From Hyphochytrium catenoides (taxonomy: Eukaryota; Protista; Hyphochytriomycota), in NCBI GenBank assembly GCA_900088475.1, contig FLMG01004315.1, positions 6,353 to 70,352 of the forward strand: a stretch of 64,000 bases of DNA. Reading direction: 5' to 3'. Positions 1 through 13,365 of the stretch are shown piece by piece. Every line of letters starts with the position of its first letter. Position 1 is the first letter of the stretch. Under the pieces are notes generated by a model. It saw only the letters and a list, made by a program, of their open reading frames with translations, had not been told where the DNA came from and did not search any database. Both the position numbers and the translations under genes were made by a program.

Positions 1-151
1 TCATATTTGCCGACTGCTCTGTCTGGTCCTTGCCTTCATGTGGCCTATCTGAACATAATCGTCGCATCTAACGTGACTCTCATCACACCCCTCCTCTCTT
101 CCTCTCATCCTTGCTATTGGTGTATGTACGCCTCCCCCGCTTGCGGAGTAG

Positions 152-1571
152 GAAGGCATAAAGCTCTATCAGGAGGTGTATCCGGAGGTGAGCAAAGAGA
201 GTGATGTAACTACTGACACAGACTTTATCGCTTGTCGGCTCCTTATTCAATTTTGGTGCATTTGCTGTGCGGCATGGATGCTTGGCTTTACCTTGTGCGT
301 CTCTATACGTGTACTGCTCTTACGCTCCCCGACTCTCAACTGGCCTTTAGCTTGAGAAGCTTGGGCTTGTGCTTGGCACAGCACCCGTTCAGACATGGTC
401 GGCCAGGTATGGCGCCACAACTTGTCCTCCTCTTCCTATTCTGTCTTCTCTTTTCTCCGACCAGGGGGGTCGTCTGTATCCTATCTCTATCTAGACGTAC
501 TTGATGGTTGGTACTTTGTCATGGTCTAGACCGCTGGTCTCTCATTTACGCTCATGCCTATTGATAGCTGTTTTGATCTCATGCCTTACTTGGAAGCTGT
601 GTGACTTGGTTTTCACAGTGAATCTCTTTCTGTTTACCCTTCGTTTGTTACAACCAGGCTCCTCATAAAGAGACGTGAATCTGGAGACTGGTGGTTTTCT
701 GAGACAGAGCGATTGGACGCAGGGAGGGCATACTGCCGTCTCTGGGCGCTGGCCTCTCTTTCCATCTTTGTGGCACAGATAGACGAGAAGAAGAGACAGA
801 TTGAGGCTGCTCCATCGGTGCTCCCCAAAGTCTGCAAGACCAAGGCAGAGGTCGTAGAGCGATACACACAACTGCTCAAGGAAATGGTAAGAACATTTGA
901 GCCCTGTCTTGCTAGGTTGAGAGTCGGGAGAGTCTTCATCTCACTTCGCCACTGTGACGGGCTTGTAGGTGAAGCTTCGCCATAAGATCTTCCGATCAGC
1001 AGACTTTCACACCGAGCTCAAGCGTTTGCAGCAAGAGAGTATCCCGCACCGTCTCGTTGAGTTGGAGGGAGAGCTTACTCAGGCCGCCGCCGTGCTGGGG
1101 AACTCATCTCTCGCCTTAGCGCTGGAGGACGTCAATGGCCTAAATAGAGAGAATGAGAGAGGGAAACGGCTGATGGCTCCTGCCGTTATATATCTTGGTA
1201 CGAAACTCTGTAGAGAACGTCCAGATGGACGACCGGCCTTTTATCCTATTCTAGTAGGGGCCGCCCATCTGGACTATGACGTACTCTAATTCCTGGACCA
1301 GCAAAAAGATTTTTCGTTGTTCCTCCTACTGCGATCAAGCACGTTAGCTTTCTCATCTATTCTGCTCTCTACACGCTGTTGACTGTTGGCTTCTTCGCAT
1401 TTCATGTGTGCCGTAGGCGAGAAGGCTCTTCAGCTTTATCAGATTGTGCAGAAAGTTGACTCTAGAGGCCTGAAGGAGGATGAAGCAGCTTCCCTCTCTC
1501 AATCCGTACAAATGCTGAAGTCTGTCTATAAAGGGCAAACAGAGGAGGAGGACGATGCTGACGCATTATAG
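152..1571 (+). CDS. 3' portion of a spliced gene of unknown product (start lies upstream of the window)
   Basis: Phase-compatible GT-AG exons about 152-175, 351-406, 658-886, 969-1197 and 1417-1571 join into one frame (EGIKLYQE|LEKLGLVLG...|LLIKRRESGDWWFSETERLDAGRAYCRLWAL...|VKLRHKIF...|GEKALQLYQ...EEEDDADAL*), ending in TAG. No recognisable family. Confidence 0.6.
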
Positions 1572-1934
1572 CTCAAGGCACCCTTCTATCGGCCCATACA
1601 GCCTCTCTTGCCATTGCTTATCTTAGCGAATGATAGAGGCATTCCTAGAGAAGAGAGGTCTTACTAGGAGAAGAGCTCGCCACTCATAGACATTCACGGG
1701 AACAAGGAGTACTTTATAGAGCAGTGGCTGGAAGAGAGACTACGTTTGGTCCCCCAATGTACCATTAAGATGTAATATGTTGACACCACTAACTATTATC
1801 AAAGGGGGAAGCTACATTCCCGCCACCCCTAGAGCAAAGTGCATTTCTCCTCTCCGTCTTATAACCCTGTTGTCTTCCTCGCCCACATCCTTGGTCCCTC
1901 TTGCGCTGCTAGGTCCCGATTCTCGTTTCACATT

Positions 1935-4900
1935 CTACGGCGCGATGCTATCGACTACCATCTGACTGACAGCAGTATCCTCGGATCGAACGGCCATCTG
2001 GAGAATGGGAAAGAAAGAGCAAACATATGGGAGCGTAAAGATAGTCCGATAAGCTCCGTGCCATTGGGTTATCCGTTGCACGATGTTGTCGCGTCTAACT
2101 CACCTTTAACACGGTCTGACCTCCTTCCATGGCAAGCATGACCCTAGCCAACACCTTGACGCCGCCAACATAAACTCCTGCATGGTGTGTTTAGCAGAGT
2201 GTTGCCCAACGGAGGTCAAGGAGAAGAGAACCGGTTGTCGTTACGCTCAGAAAAGAGAGAGTCACTATATATGCGACAAAGAGAAAGAAACGTTGGGGCC
2301 TGGGCAAGGAAATGGGCAAGATGCAACTGTGGTGTATGCACATCAGCAAAGAGACTAAACTTCCGAAGTAGATAGATCGGCGGTATTTGCAGGACGGAGA
2401 CCAACGGCTCACCTGACAGAAGTATCATGTGCTGCTTGGCCTTGGGCTGCACAGAGGCGGTGCCTTCACAGGGTTGCATACCCAAGAAGTCAATGACCTG
2501 GATCACTCCTTCCTCCAAGGACTTGAACTGCAGTGAATATGCTTCTCTCTCTTCATGCTCGTCACCCAGCTGCGGGGACAGCACTTTAGTCATGACAGCA
2601 GCTACTTGAAGTCAAGAGCTTGAGAGAGGTACATGCAGAGTAAAGAACACTGAAGATAGAGGTTGACCCCATGGCGGTATGACAAAAAGAGGGCTCAAAC
2701 TGTGGCTAAGACAGAAAAGTAGATGGGATAGGTACCTCCTAGATAGAGAAGAAATAGTCACAGTCAATGAGAGGCACCGGGCCTATGCCAACGGGAGCCG
2801 GGTCGGCCGAGGAAGCCTAAGAAGCACTCAATCACCTGTTCCCAAGCAGATCGAAAGTCTTGAACTTGGACCTTAGCCATGAAGTCCGCAGCTGCAAGCT
2901 CAAGCTCTTCGAGCGGATACTGCTCATCATATCCTTCACCTTCCGCCTCCCCAGTTGCTGGGTCACAGTCATAGAGTTGGAATTGTAGCTGCGAGACATG
3001 AAGGTAAGCGAGGGACAGCGTGGGATCAAACGACTCGCCGTCCTAGTTCTGTTCACCCCCACTGGATAACGGAATCATGCCTCGGCAGGTGTGCGTGCCT
3101 AAGCCTAACATTCATGTTGCTGAAGACCTTAAGCCATCCCTTCTATGAGCCATCTTTGACCTCCATTGCTGTTTCGCTCCTGTTACGCTTCCTCCCTCTC
3201 TGCCTCTGTGTACGCCACTTCTGTCTGTTGTCCTTTGCCGTGGCCGCTCTTGTGCTTTAGACAACCCGCCGTACCTCGTTGGCTAAGTTGGTGACGCCTA
3301 GACCAGCTCCTGCTACGTTCTTTAGACAGACATATGCCCTTCCAGGTTTGCCATAGGGCACTCGCTCACAAGGGATGACAGGACCCATTTCCCACGCTCC
3401 TTGCTCAGCCGGGGTAACCTTGACGGTCACATTACCTAGCAGCTGGTCGTTCACCGTGTTGTTGATGTTATACTGGAGAGAGAGGATCAACAGAAGGAAC
3501 CAATGAGACCCCAACAATGGTTCCACGCAGAGCCAAGAACGAGTACAGGGTTCATAGGCCATGGAGGAAAAGGAAAAAGTAGTGAGAATAGCGAGACTCT
3601 GATGGTGGAGTTCAACCCAACGTTTGAAGATTCTGATCCCAGCACTGCTAGTCACGCGCGTTTCCTCGCTTCTCATATTGTTCCTTGTTACTCGCGAACA
3701 ATAGTCGAGCAACCTGCGCTCACTTTTTGATATCGTCGCACCAAATATCTCTCGGCCTCGTCGTCCAGCAGATCTCTATTATCTGACTCTCTCTCGCCCA
3801 TTTATGTTTCAAAAACCACTCAGTCCGTACCTGTAGGACAACATGCTGGGGGAAAATGTGCTTGGTGACCGTAACGAAGTATTCTGCCTCTTGTTCAGTC
3901 AGCTCAACAGGCCGAGAACTGCGGAATAACTGGCCCAAGTTGGCAAATTGTGGGAGCTGGACCACAGCAGTAGGAGGGCGGACGGGGCGTGGTGACAAGG
4001 CTCAGCAATGCACGTGAATAGGAAAAGGTAAGAGAGAAAGTAGAAGAATATATGTCTCGCACTTGCTAGATATGTGAGACAAGAGGTAGACGAAGAGTGA
4101 TAGAGATTGAGAACTGGAGTTTACGCGGAAACGACCTACGAAGTTCACCACATATATGCACAAGGGGTACTAGTCCAGAACGGAGAGAGAGGGGACAAAA
4201 CGATACAAGCACAACTCGACCTTATAGAGCTCTTGTGCCGCTGAGACTTCTTCACTCTTTGTCTCCTGACCTGGAAGAACAGGCGAAGCAGCAGCCGGCG
4301 CATTGACTCCTGTGTAGGGAGATGAAAGAGTTAACCTTTAGAGGGGGTGGCAAAAGACCTGTCCACGAGCGGCATACAGTTCACATGAGAATAACAACAA
4401 CCAACATGCTAGAGGCGTAGCCACGAGGGATGATATGGGGAAGAAAGTTAGAAATGGAAGAAAGTTAGAAATGCGGGTCCAACCGCGCTACCTCTTTTAA
4501 CAGGTTCAGGTGCTCTTTCTTCTACAACTGGCAGTGCCGCGAAAGTGACTGGACCTTCACTTGGCCTTAGCATGTACGTCTCCAAGGAGCGATTAAGAGC
4601 GTCCGCTGACATCGGAAGAGCTGAACCCAGAATTGAAGCACTTAGCGAAAGGGTAGTAACCACGGTGCAAGAACAGAAAGGAAACATTCAGGAATATCAA
4701 GAAGAAAGTGAAAGAAACAGACTCAACCCATTGACTAGGGCAAGTCAGGAAGACTAACAGAGCTCCTCGACCGGCATCTCTCTCTCGGATCCCCAGCCCA
4801 GACCCCGCACGATAGAAGAGCAAGCCAACGTGCGTGATCTCTTGTTAGAAGCCTTGAAGGCATTCACGTTCTCTCTTTACCCAAGGGACTCTGTTAGTCT

Positions 4901-7900
4901 CGTCTCTTACCAGTAGTGAAAACAGGTCTCGACTGTTCTTCTTCTACCTCCAGCACCTTCAGGTACGTTGTGGCTCTATCCCGAACCTCATCATCCTCAT
5001 CTACAGCGATATATATCGTCAATAGGGAGAAAGGCTATCGGTGAGCAGGTTAAGGAGAGCTGAGATTTTACACAGATCAGGGAGATGATTGAAAAAGCTA
5101 ACAAATGATTCGCTCGTTGATGTACCTTCTACCGATCTCTTTATCAGCGCGACTACTCCCGCCCTTAGCGCAGGGATCTTGGAAGCAAAAGCAGAGAGGG
5201 CGGAGACTGCGGAGGCTCTTATAGTAGGATTTTCTAGGATCACACGGTTATAGATGAACCGGACGTAACGTGCCGGGGCGCGAGTAGTGGGACCTAGCTC
5301 TCCTAGGACGTACAGAACCTATCATAGAAGGATAGCCAGGCAAATAACAGTCCCGGTCAGTGACGCGACAGTTCAACATAGACGTAAGTATGGCCTCGCA
5401 GTCTTCTGCCTCTTGCCTCTCCCTCCTCCTCAATACCGAATCCGTCGGTCTCCACGACCAGCAGCCACTATTATGTTAACTTACCTGGACGGATAGCTGG
5501 GTGAACTCGCAGTCTTCGATAAATTCACAAAGGTGGAGAAGTCCAGTCTCTTTGCTGTCGGGCACCCTGCTGATAACCTCCAAGATGGCGTCGGTGATGG
5601 TTTTCTTGAAGTCATAACCTCCCTCCTCTCTAAGAAAGTTGGAGAGGAAGTTCAACAGGATGCGATACTTCTGGGGATATCTGTACCATCGACAGGGGCG
5701 GCGTGAGAAGGTCATATAGCTAACTGGAAGCAAACAGATGCATGGCATGTAAGAAAGACACTAGACAACAGCCAAAATATTTGCACGAGACACTTTATGC
5801 ACATTAAGCACAATCAAACCCATTGACTACAGATGTCAACCTATAACAAAGGCAAGAACAGCTGGGTTGAGCTGGTGATTGTTTAGAATACCTGAGGCAG
5901 AGGTTTCGTATGGCATCAACGACAACAATCTTGAACTCATCCGCAATCTCGCCCATAAAGTTAGTGATTTGCTTCATCAGTCTGTCGATTGAAGACTCGC
6001 TACCAGTCTTTAAGAGAGTCGTGATCGCTAAAGAAAAGAGCACAAATAATTAGCCAAAGCCCCAACCAAAGAGAAAGAGAACCTTCTCCGAAGTGATAGC
6101 AGCTATGGCTATGGCCCGTCACTATAAGAAAGATCCAGCAGGGCTATAACCAATGTTTCGATGGGAACGAGAAAGGAGCCTCGTAATGCCCGGCAGTCAT
6201 AGAGCGAAAAGAGAGGGAGAGAAAGAGAGGACGTGTTGGGTGAGAGGTCGTACCCAAGGTCGCAATAGATCTATTGCCATCTGAGATCAACGACTCCATT
6301 TCCTCGTTGCACTTGCTAACAGCTAACGGATTGGTTTGGGATACCGTGCTGAGCGTGCGAACAGCCGCAAGCTTGACGGCAGGCTTTGGAGATGAGAGGA
6401 ATAGCTGCAAGCATGTGATAGCAGGAGCCAAGTCCTGGGCATCGACTCCTGGGAGAGAGCAAATAGCTCGTGCCGCTTCATAAATGACCATCTGCCATAC
6501 CCAAAAGAAGGTTAGACGTAACTTCTGACGTCTGAACCGCTTGATAGGAGTCAAATAAGCGTGTTCTCGCTCTCTCGTTGCTATCCTTATATATTCCCGC
6601 AATCGACCGATGGCCCCTGCGGCCCCGCATTTCTAGGCTCGCGTTATCGTACCTCGTTCTTTTGCCGGAGGCAGCTCTCAAGGAATTGGTAGGCTGCTCT
6701 AGCATCAGTTGCGGACAGATCTTCCTGCATCAGCTTGGAAGTATAACGTATGAGGAGGCACATCCCCAGAGGCGATCGCAGCCCGTTTCTGGATAACGTT
6801 GTGACCAGCTACAGAGAGGGCCAAACATCAGACACGACCCGCAAAGGGACCAGCTGTCGCCCGAGCTTGAGGTACCTTGGAAATCGCCAGCTTATCGTGC
6901 TTCTTGATAGTATAAAGAAGAGACAGGGCATGGTACTGCACCATCTCATGTGGAGAATTGAGAGCCTCCTGCACCTCATTCACCCATTTCCTTATTATCT
7001 CTGGGCTTTTCTTGAAAAGGTGCATGCCAGAGACCAAAGCGGAGCTGCTAACTAAAGGGTTGCGATCCACGATTGCCTGCTTGATGTACCTCTCAATGCT
7101 CCCCAGCATAGTCGCCTGAGAAAAAAACACGGATGTGAGCACTTAGTAGGGCCACTACGATTTAAAGCCAAAGACTAGGAAAAGCGCGACGCCAGAGGGG
7201 TAGCGCGACGCCAGAGGGGTACTTCCCTTCTACGGACGCGTCAGGCTAATTGTACTAGGCTCCATCAATTGAAGCTCCAAATGAAGTAACAAGGACAAGA
7301 GAATGTTTGAGGGTGACTCACATCAATTATCTTGCTTAGCACACGAACAGAGTTGGCTCTGTACAGGTCAACATCTGCATTCATGTCCTTCCAGAGGCTC
7401 TGCGTGACGATGATGACCTACATCCAAAGACCAAACAGTCAAAGAAGAGATAGTTTACGTCCTCATGGCTCGCCTTACCTCATCGGCGGCAGTAGATTCT
7501 GATTCTGCTACTTCTTTGAGGAACAAATACATCATACGCCGTAGGTTCGGCTATATTACATGGCAAGTCAGGTCACCGTCTGGGACGATAGGAAAAGGGC
7601 GGGAGAATGCAGACGCAGACAGGCACCCAGAACCTCCTCGGAGGCCCAGGAACGCATTTTACGCACAGAAGACCAAGAGAAAGGGCTAAGACAACACGCT
7701 TCCACACGCAAAGTAATCGGCGTCAAAGCAGCAGCAAGATATCATCTTCATGGAGGTCTCACATCTTTTGACTGAAAGAGCTTTGTGACTCCAAAAAAGA
7801 CTTCTGAAGACTCTGTCCTAGAAAAAGGCTCTCCTTGCGTCAGGATGTGCATCAGCTTCGCGATCAGCAGGGCGCACTTCCGAGGATTATTAGTAACAAC

Positions 7901-8186
7901 ATTCCCGTCATTGAAGGCGTCCCGGCACTCGAGCACCACGTTTGCCTTCTCAAGACCAACGAAGGGTGATACTGGTACAGTGAACGAGGAGTTAGGTAGC
8001 GTAAGACAGAATAGAAGAACAAGTGGACTAACCATAGCCGTGGTCATCGTCTTCACCCTTTAACTTGTCCCTTATTCCCTGAACCTCCTTCATGAGCGAA
8101 CCGATCGTAAGCACCGGAGAGGGCAAGGTATTGACATTGTTATCCTGATCATCCGACATGGACGTTCCGGAGAAAAGCCTGCTCAT
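1935..8186 (-). CDS. COPG: Coatomer subunit gamma (gamma-COP), multi-exon
   Basis: Exons contain hallmark gamma-COP peptides: [115 protein letters not shown] and [10 protein letters not shown]. The last exon [20 protein letters not shown] ends in TAG (1935). In-frame ATGs at 8186, 8159 and 8093, so the start is uncertain. Confidence 0.95.
7183..7220. repeat. Perfect 19-bp tandem duplication in a COPG intron
   Basis: agcgcgacgccagaggggt x2. Confidence 0.9.
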
Positions 8187-8579
8187 GGTTCCCTATCAAC
8201 GCTTATAGATTCTCGTCCAACCGCCAACAAGCTTGCTGTCAGGCCTTATGGGCAATCAGACTGATAACGAAGAGATGTAAAAAAGTTAGACAGCGTCTGA
8301 GATAAACGTAGATTGTTCCTCATCAAGCACCAAGAGTCAAGAAATGCATGTCAAAGAGAATAGGCCGTAACAAAGCATTTCCGATGCACCTCTATTATGC
8401 AAGGGCCGACTTCTACAGATCTTAGTACCTGCGTGCAACAGCCTTAACCCTGCTCCCTGGGGATGGCCAGAAGTGATAGAGCCCTAATGGGATGAGAGCT
8501 CAACAGCTCTTCGCCGCAGTTCCGGATGAGGATCGCGGCATAGAAGATAGAGAAAAGTGATTTTAGCAGACCTCTATTA

Positions 8580-8790
8580 AAAGAGACAGAGACAGAAGAC
8601 ACAGAGCGGGACAAGAGAAAGAAGAGTTTCAAAGAGAGAGACAGAAGAGACAGAGATAGAGGCAAGAGAGACACAGACAGAAGACACAGAGCGGATAGAG
8701 AAAGAAGAGTTTCAAAGAGAGAGACAGAAGAGATAGAGATAGAGACCCAAGAGAGACAGAGACAGAGACACAGAGCAGAGAGGAGTGCTG
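8580..8790. repeat. GA-rich composite tandem repeat (about 80-bp unit, 2+ copies) in the COPG/RIOX divergent intergenic region
   Basis: The block gacagaagacacagagcgg...agagaaagaagagtttcaaagagagagacagaagaga occurs twice, plus a partial third copy. Confidence 0.8.
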
Positions 8791-9303
8791 AAGGTCTTTC
8801 CTTAGCAAACAGACAGCGCAGAAAGATTCGCCAAGTCACAGTCCCAAACACAGAGAAATGCCTCATTGAAAATCTCCCATCCACCCTCTCTGAACGAAAG
8901 AAACATACATTCCTTTCATAGATTTCCAGAGAAGCTTACTAAGAGCGAAGTTCCAGGGAATAGAGTGCATTGACGGCGGTGTATATTTCAAGCAGTAAAC
9001 TTCTGGCCCCATCCGTTCTTGCCTCTGTTTAGAATATGTGAGATTCTGGTTCCTTATCATGTGCCGCCGATTCTTGATACGAGGGATTGTCCTGAGATCC
9101 CAGCCATCATGATTTTCCTGGTTGCCGCAGAATATGGGCAATATCTACTGAACTTCATCTTCATGTTGCTCTCCAGATCTTCATGAAGCTCCTAACAGCA
9201 ATCCGAGAAGCTTACGTTATAAGAGACGTGATAGTAGACTGCTCACGGGAAGAGGTTCGAGTCACTGCAACCTTTGCGAAGACCGACATCTTGACAGAGA
9301 ATT

Positions 9304-12300
9304 ATGGCGCGGAAGAATCGGAATCCGAAGCGTCGACAGCCTTCGGAGGATAGTGCACAGGGTGGAGAGGAAGAGCCAAAACGAATCAAGGTACCTAGGG
9401 ACTCTTCTAAGTCAAACGTGCATAGCCCTGGCAGTGGAAGTGAGAGTGGACGCTCTATTCTAAAGGACAGAGGGTCAGTTGGAGATGCTAGTCCCAAGAA
9501 GAATGTAAAATGGGACGCCAAAGTGATCGAGTCCGCGCCAGTTCCTGAAGAAGAGCCTTCCATGAGAAAGAGGCCCGCAAAAGCTATCAAAGCGTCACCT
9601 AAGGCTGCAACTGGGGTTGAGCCTGAGAAGACACCTCCACCAGTACACTTCTTTGGGCCAGATGTGACTCTGGAGACTGGCGAGGAGATGCTACAGTTCC
9701 TTCTTGGTGACATCCCTGTTAAGAAGTTCTTCGCTGAGTACTGGGAGAAAAAGCCTTTAGTGATCCATAGAAAGCGCAAGGTAAGGTCCAATACGACGAG
9801 TACTAGAAGTAGGGAGTTCATTCGCTAGAAAGGGAGGAAGCACATTCAACTGTCGCAATAGTTACAGAAGGACGGGAGTGATGATGGAGCAGCATGGCCG
9901 TGATCATCACATCAGCTAATCTGTTCTCTATCTACCCCTTTCCTAGGACTATTATCGGCAGGCGTTTAACAAAAAGGTGTTCCTTGATATTGTTGAGGAG
10001 AAGGACTTACCCTTCCAGCAGAACATGGCCATCGTGCGCTATGCAGACGGAGAAAGAATGAACGTTGAGCCAATAAAGGCGAGAGCAACCAGGGAGGAGC
10101 TGGAAACACTGTTTGACAGTGGCTGTACAGTTCAGTTCTTTCAACCTCAGCGTCATGTCGATGCGTTGTGGCAAGTGAACTCTCTCCTGGAGAACTACTT
10201 TGGAACCCTTGTAGGTCTGTAGAGCGCAACAAATCGGCTCTCGTCCTTCAACTCCATTCTGCTTGACTTATGATGGCGAATGCGTTACTCTTAGGTGCTC
10301 TTGGCTCTAGTTGATCCCCTCGTTCTGACCGCGAGTCTCTGCTTCTGTACAGGTGCCAGTGCCTACTTGACACCAGGGAAATCTCAAGGTCTGGCTCCTC
10401 ACTACGACGACGTTGATGTTTTCATTTTACAGGTACAAGAGCATCGATACATAAGAAACATCTCGCCCTGGAAGCGACAGTCATCTACGTTCCCCTCGCC
10501 CCGCTTTGACCCTCATGACTCATTTTTCTCTGCTTGTTGTGCCGATTGTGTCGATGCTGACAATAAACTGCCAAGACTGAAGGAAAGAAGAGCTGGAAGC
10601 TGTATAAGCCCGTTGACGAATTGCCGATCACGTGCAGTGAGGACCTGCCGGAGTCAGAAATAGGCGAGCCCACGCATGAGTTTGAGTTGACTGAGGGAGA
10701 CCTGGTATGTAATCTGTATACTTTCTTTTACTCCATCTCACATCTCACAAGGAGACACGCACTCTTGAACCCTTACCTTTTGTTAGCTTTGTGCACCTCT
10801 CATTGTCTGACGGTTTACTCAGCACATGTGCTGGTCTTGATATTGACCTGAGTGGCCTGTGTTATTGACCTAGGCAGCTCCAAAGCCGTTGTACCGTGTG
10901 TGTCTGTGGATGCATACTGGCCGTCAGCGTCCTTAAGTACCTTACGTCTATTTATCCCGCTGACAGTCTTCCGCTCTTCATTGCCCTAAATAGCTCTACT
11001 TCCCGCGAGGAACGGTTCATCAAGCGTCAACACCTGGTGCACAATTCTCTACCCACGTCACTGTCTCCACCTATCAGCAGCACACCTGGGGAGATTTCTT
11101 GCAGCTTTCTCTCCCTATTGTCGTAAGGCAAATGATGGAACAGGACGTGGAGCTTAGAAGAGGTACGAATATACTCTGCACCCGGTCTTGAGTCCGGCTA
11201 CTGCCCTTGGCTTGGCAAGGCTCTTGGCTCCCTCTACGAAAGGTGCACTTGAGAATGTTTAAGCGTTTGCCATGCCTTACCCTTCCCTTCAGTATCCTGA
11301 TCGCTCTCATTGAGACCCTCACGGAGCTTCTTGCAATTCGTTGCACTTACATTGCAAACCTGCATAGGGTTACCCCTCAACTATCTCTCTTATATGGGTA
11401 CGGAATGGGATGTTGACCTGCAGATAAAGGCGCAGCCCCAATCAAGTGAGCTAGTGAAGAAGATGGAAAACTTCCTTCACAAGTTCAAAGGAAAACTAGG
11501 TAGGTGGCAGTCCTTTATAACTTCTTTCCCGGTTACTTGTCACTCCCCTTAGGGCTCAAGAAGGGTTTCTCACACGGTGCTTGATGTTCCCATACATGCG
11601 GCATTGATGTCGTTGTACCTCTACGTCCAATGACTTATTAGCAACAATAAAGGATACATTAGAACTGGGACAGCTTCATATCGCCGCAGACGAGGCATCG
11701 TCAGACTTTATGGCGAACCGGTAAGGCCTGAGCATCTAATGAAACCTTCTTGTGAAGCCGCTACAATCTGAATTGCGCCTTCTCTCTGAGGAGCCAACCT
11801 CAGTCTACTGCTTTGTCTTCCAAAACTCCCTTTCCTCTCCCTGTGTCTTCCAATCTCTATTCTCTGAGCCTGTGTTAGCCATGGGCATCTTTCGTGTAGA
11901 CGTGTGGTCTCTGTTTGATCGTTCCCCGCTTATCGGCTAATTTATCTGTCTTGCCTCTCTACCGCAGCCTTCCTCCCCTCATCCAAAGGCCCCAAACTAA
12001 ATCTCTAGGGCCTAGTCCGCTAGACGAGGACTCGGAATTCAGATTTGTGGACAAGAATGCGATGAGGATGGTTGTCACTCAGGAAGAAGGTGGCCCAGCT
12101 CTTTCCTTGCAATACTCTGTTAAGAACAAGAGGCCGTTCCATATGGGCCCACCTGGAGCAGCATCAGGGAAAGGCATGGGCGGAGCCTCACTTATGCAAG
12201 CAATGTCGATGGGCTTGTTTGGATTTGGAGGTGATGATGGTGACGATGAAGATGGAGAGGAGGGTGAGGAGGAAGAAGACGAAGAGGGCGAAGAAGAAGA

Positions 12301-12775
12301 AAGCAACGAAGAAGAGAGCGAAGAGGAGAAAGAAGAAGGAAAGATAGAGAAAGGGCAAAGCAAAGGGACTAAAGAGGCGACCAAAAGCGCAGAGGTTAAG
12401 AGCAAGGAAAAGATCTCGAAGATGCAGGAAGATTCAGATAATGGTGAAGGATCTGAAGAAGGCGATGAGGCGGCGGAGGGTGAAGAAAGTGATGAAGACG
12501 AAGAGGACAGTGACTACGAAGATGAAGGGGGCATGATGCCAGGGGGCCTGCCGTTGTCCATGCTTGGGCTGCCAGTCCCACCATCTGCTCCACGGCCTCA
12601 ATCCATCCAGTTCCCTTTCCAAGCTGCCCTTCCTCTTCTGCATCTCCTCAAGAGCGGTCGCGGATTCACCACCATCAAGTCATTAGAAGGTGACAGCGAG
12701 GTCAAGACGAAGGTGGTAGTGAAGCTCTGGTCCAAGGGGCTGTTGGAAGTTAGGAAGATCAAAGCCGCACAATAG
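9304..12775 (+). CDS. JmjC ribosomal histidyl hydroxylase (RIOX1/NO66-RIOX2/MINA53 family; RIOX2-like), multi-exon
   Basis: FFAEYWEKKPLVIHR; QFFQPQR...LENYFGTLVG; AYLTPGKSQGLAPHYDDVDVFILQ (HxD metal ligands); LYFPRGTVHQAST (distal His); STYQQHTWGDFL; DFMANRLPP; C-terminal LWSKGLL then TAG at 12773-12775. Basic disordered N-terminus. Confidence 0.93.
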
Positions 12776-13365
12776 CCCGGAGGGAGGAAAGAAAGACGAA
12801 ATCCTCATCATCTCTTTGCAGGTTAGGGATTACTTGTCATAGTAAATAAAGGATTCCTAAATGCATTCCCTTTCAAAGCTTGTGGTTGATCATATCCCGT
12901 CAACAATGAAATAGATGAGGAGTAGGTAGTGTCAGCTAAGAGGTATTGAGGACAGAGGAAGATATCGCTAGTGTTGCTACGCAGTGAAGGAGTTTTAAAT
13001 TTCTAAAGGCCTTAGGTCTCTAACAGCGGTGGATTGGCTCCTAGTACCGCCTATATCAATCCTTGCGACTCCTCACACCTGCTCTAAGAAGATTACTCTA
13101 AACGTCAAAAGCATGGCACAGAGGATAGAAAGATGCTTCTAAGCAAAGGGAGAGCATCTCTTGTCCAAGTGCCCGTGACACCGCTGACAGTCGCATGTTT
13201 GTCATAGTCTAGGACATGGTAGAATGACATTAGCAGTTAGAGTAGTCGGACTGTTAGAAGAGGCTTTAGGAACAAGAAGATTTCTGGCTGTGGCTTGGCG
13301 TTTATTAAGATGAATCACAGTCTCCCCTTCCCTTAGACTCATTGGGTCAGCATTCAGAGGCTACT

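Noticed and set aside
8444-8884. 146-aa Leu/Ser-rich minus-strand ORF resembling a membrane protein
   Set aside because: Translation of the TC/GA repeat; no family motif.
9878-9910. GTGATGA box C-like motif in RIOX intron 1
   Set aside because: It is one arm of an 8-bp inverted repeat (GTGATGAT/ATCATCAC); no box D or rRNA guide.
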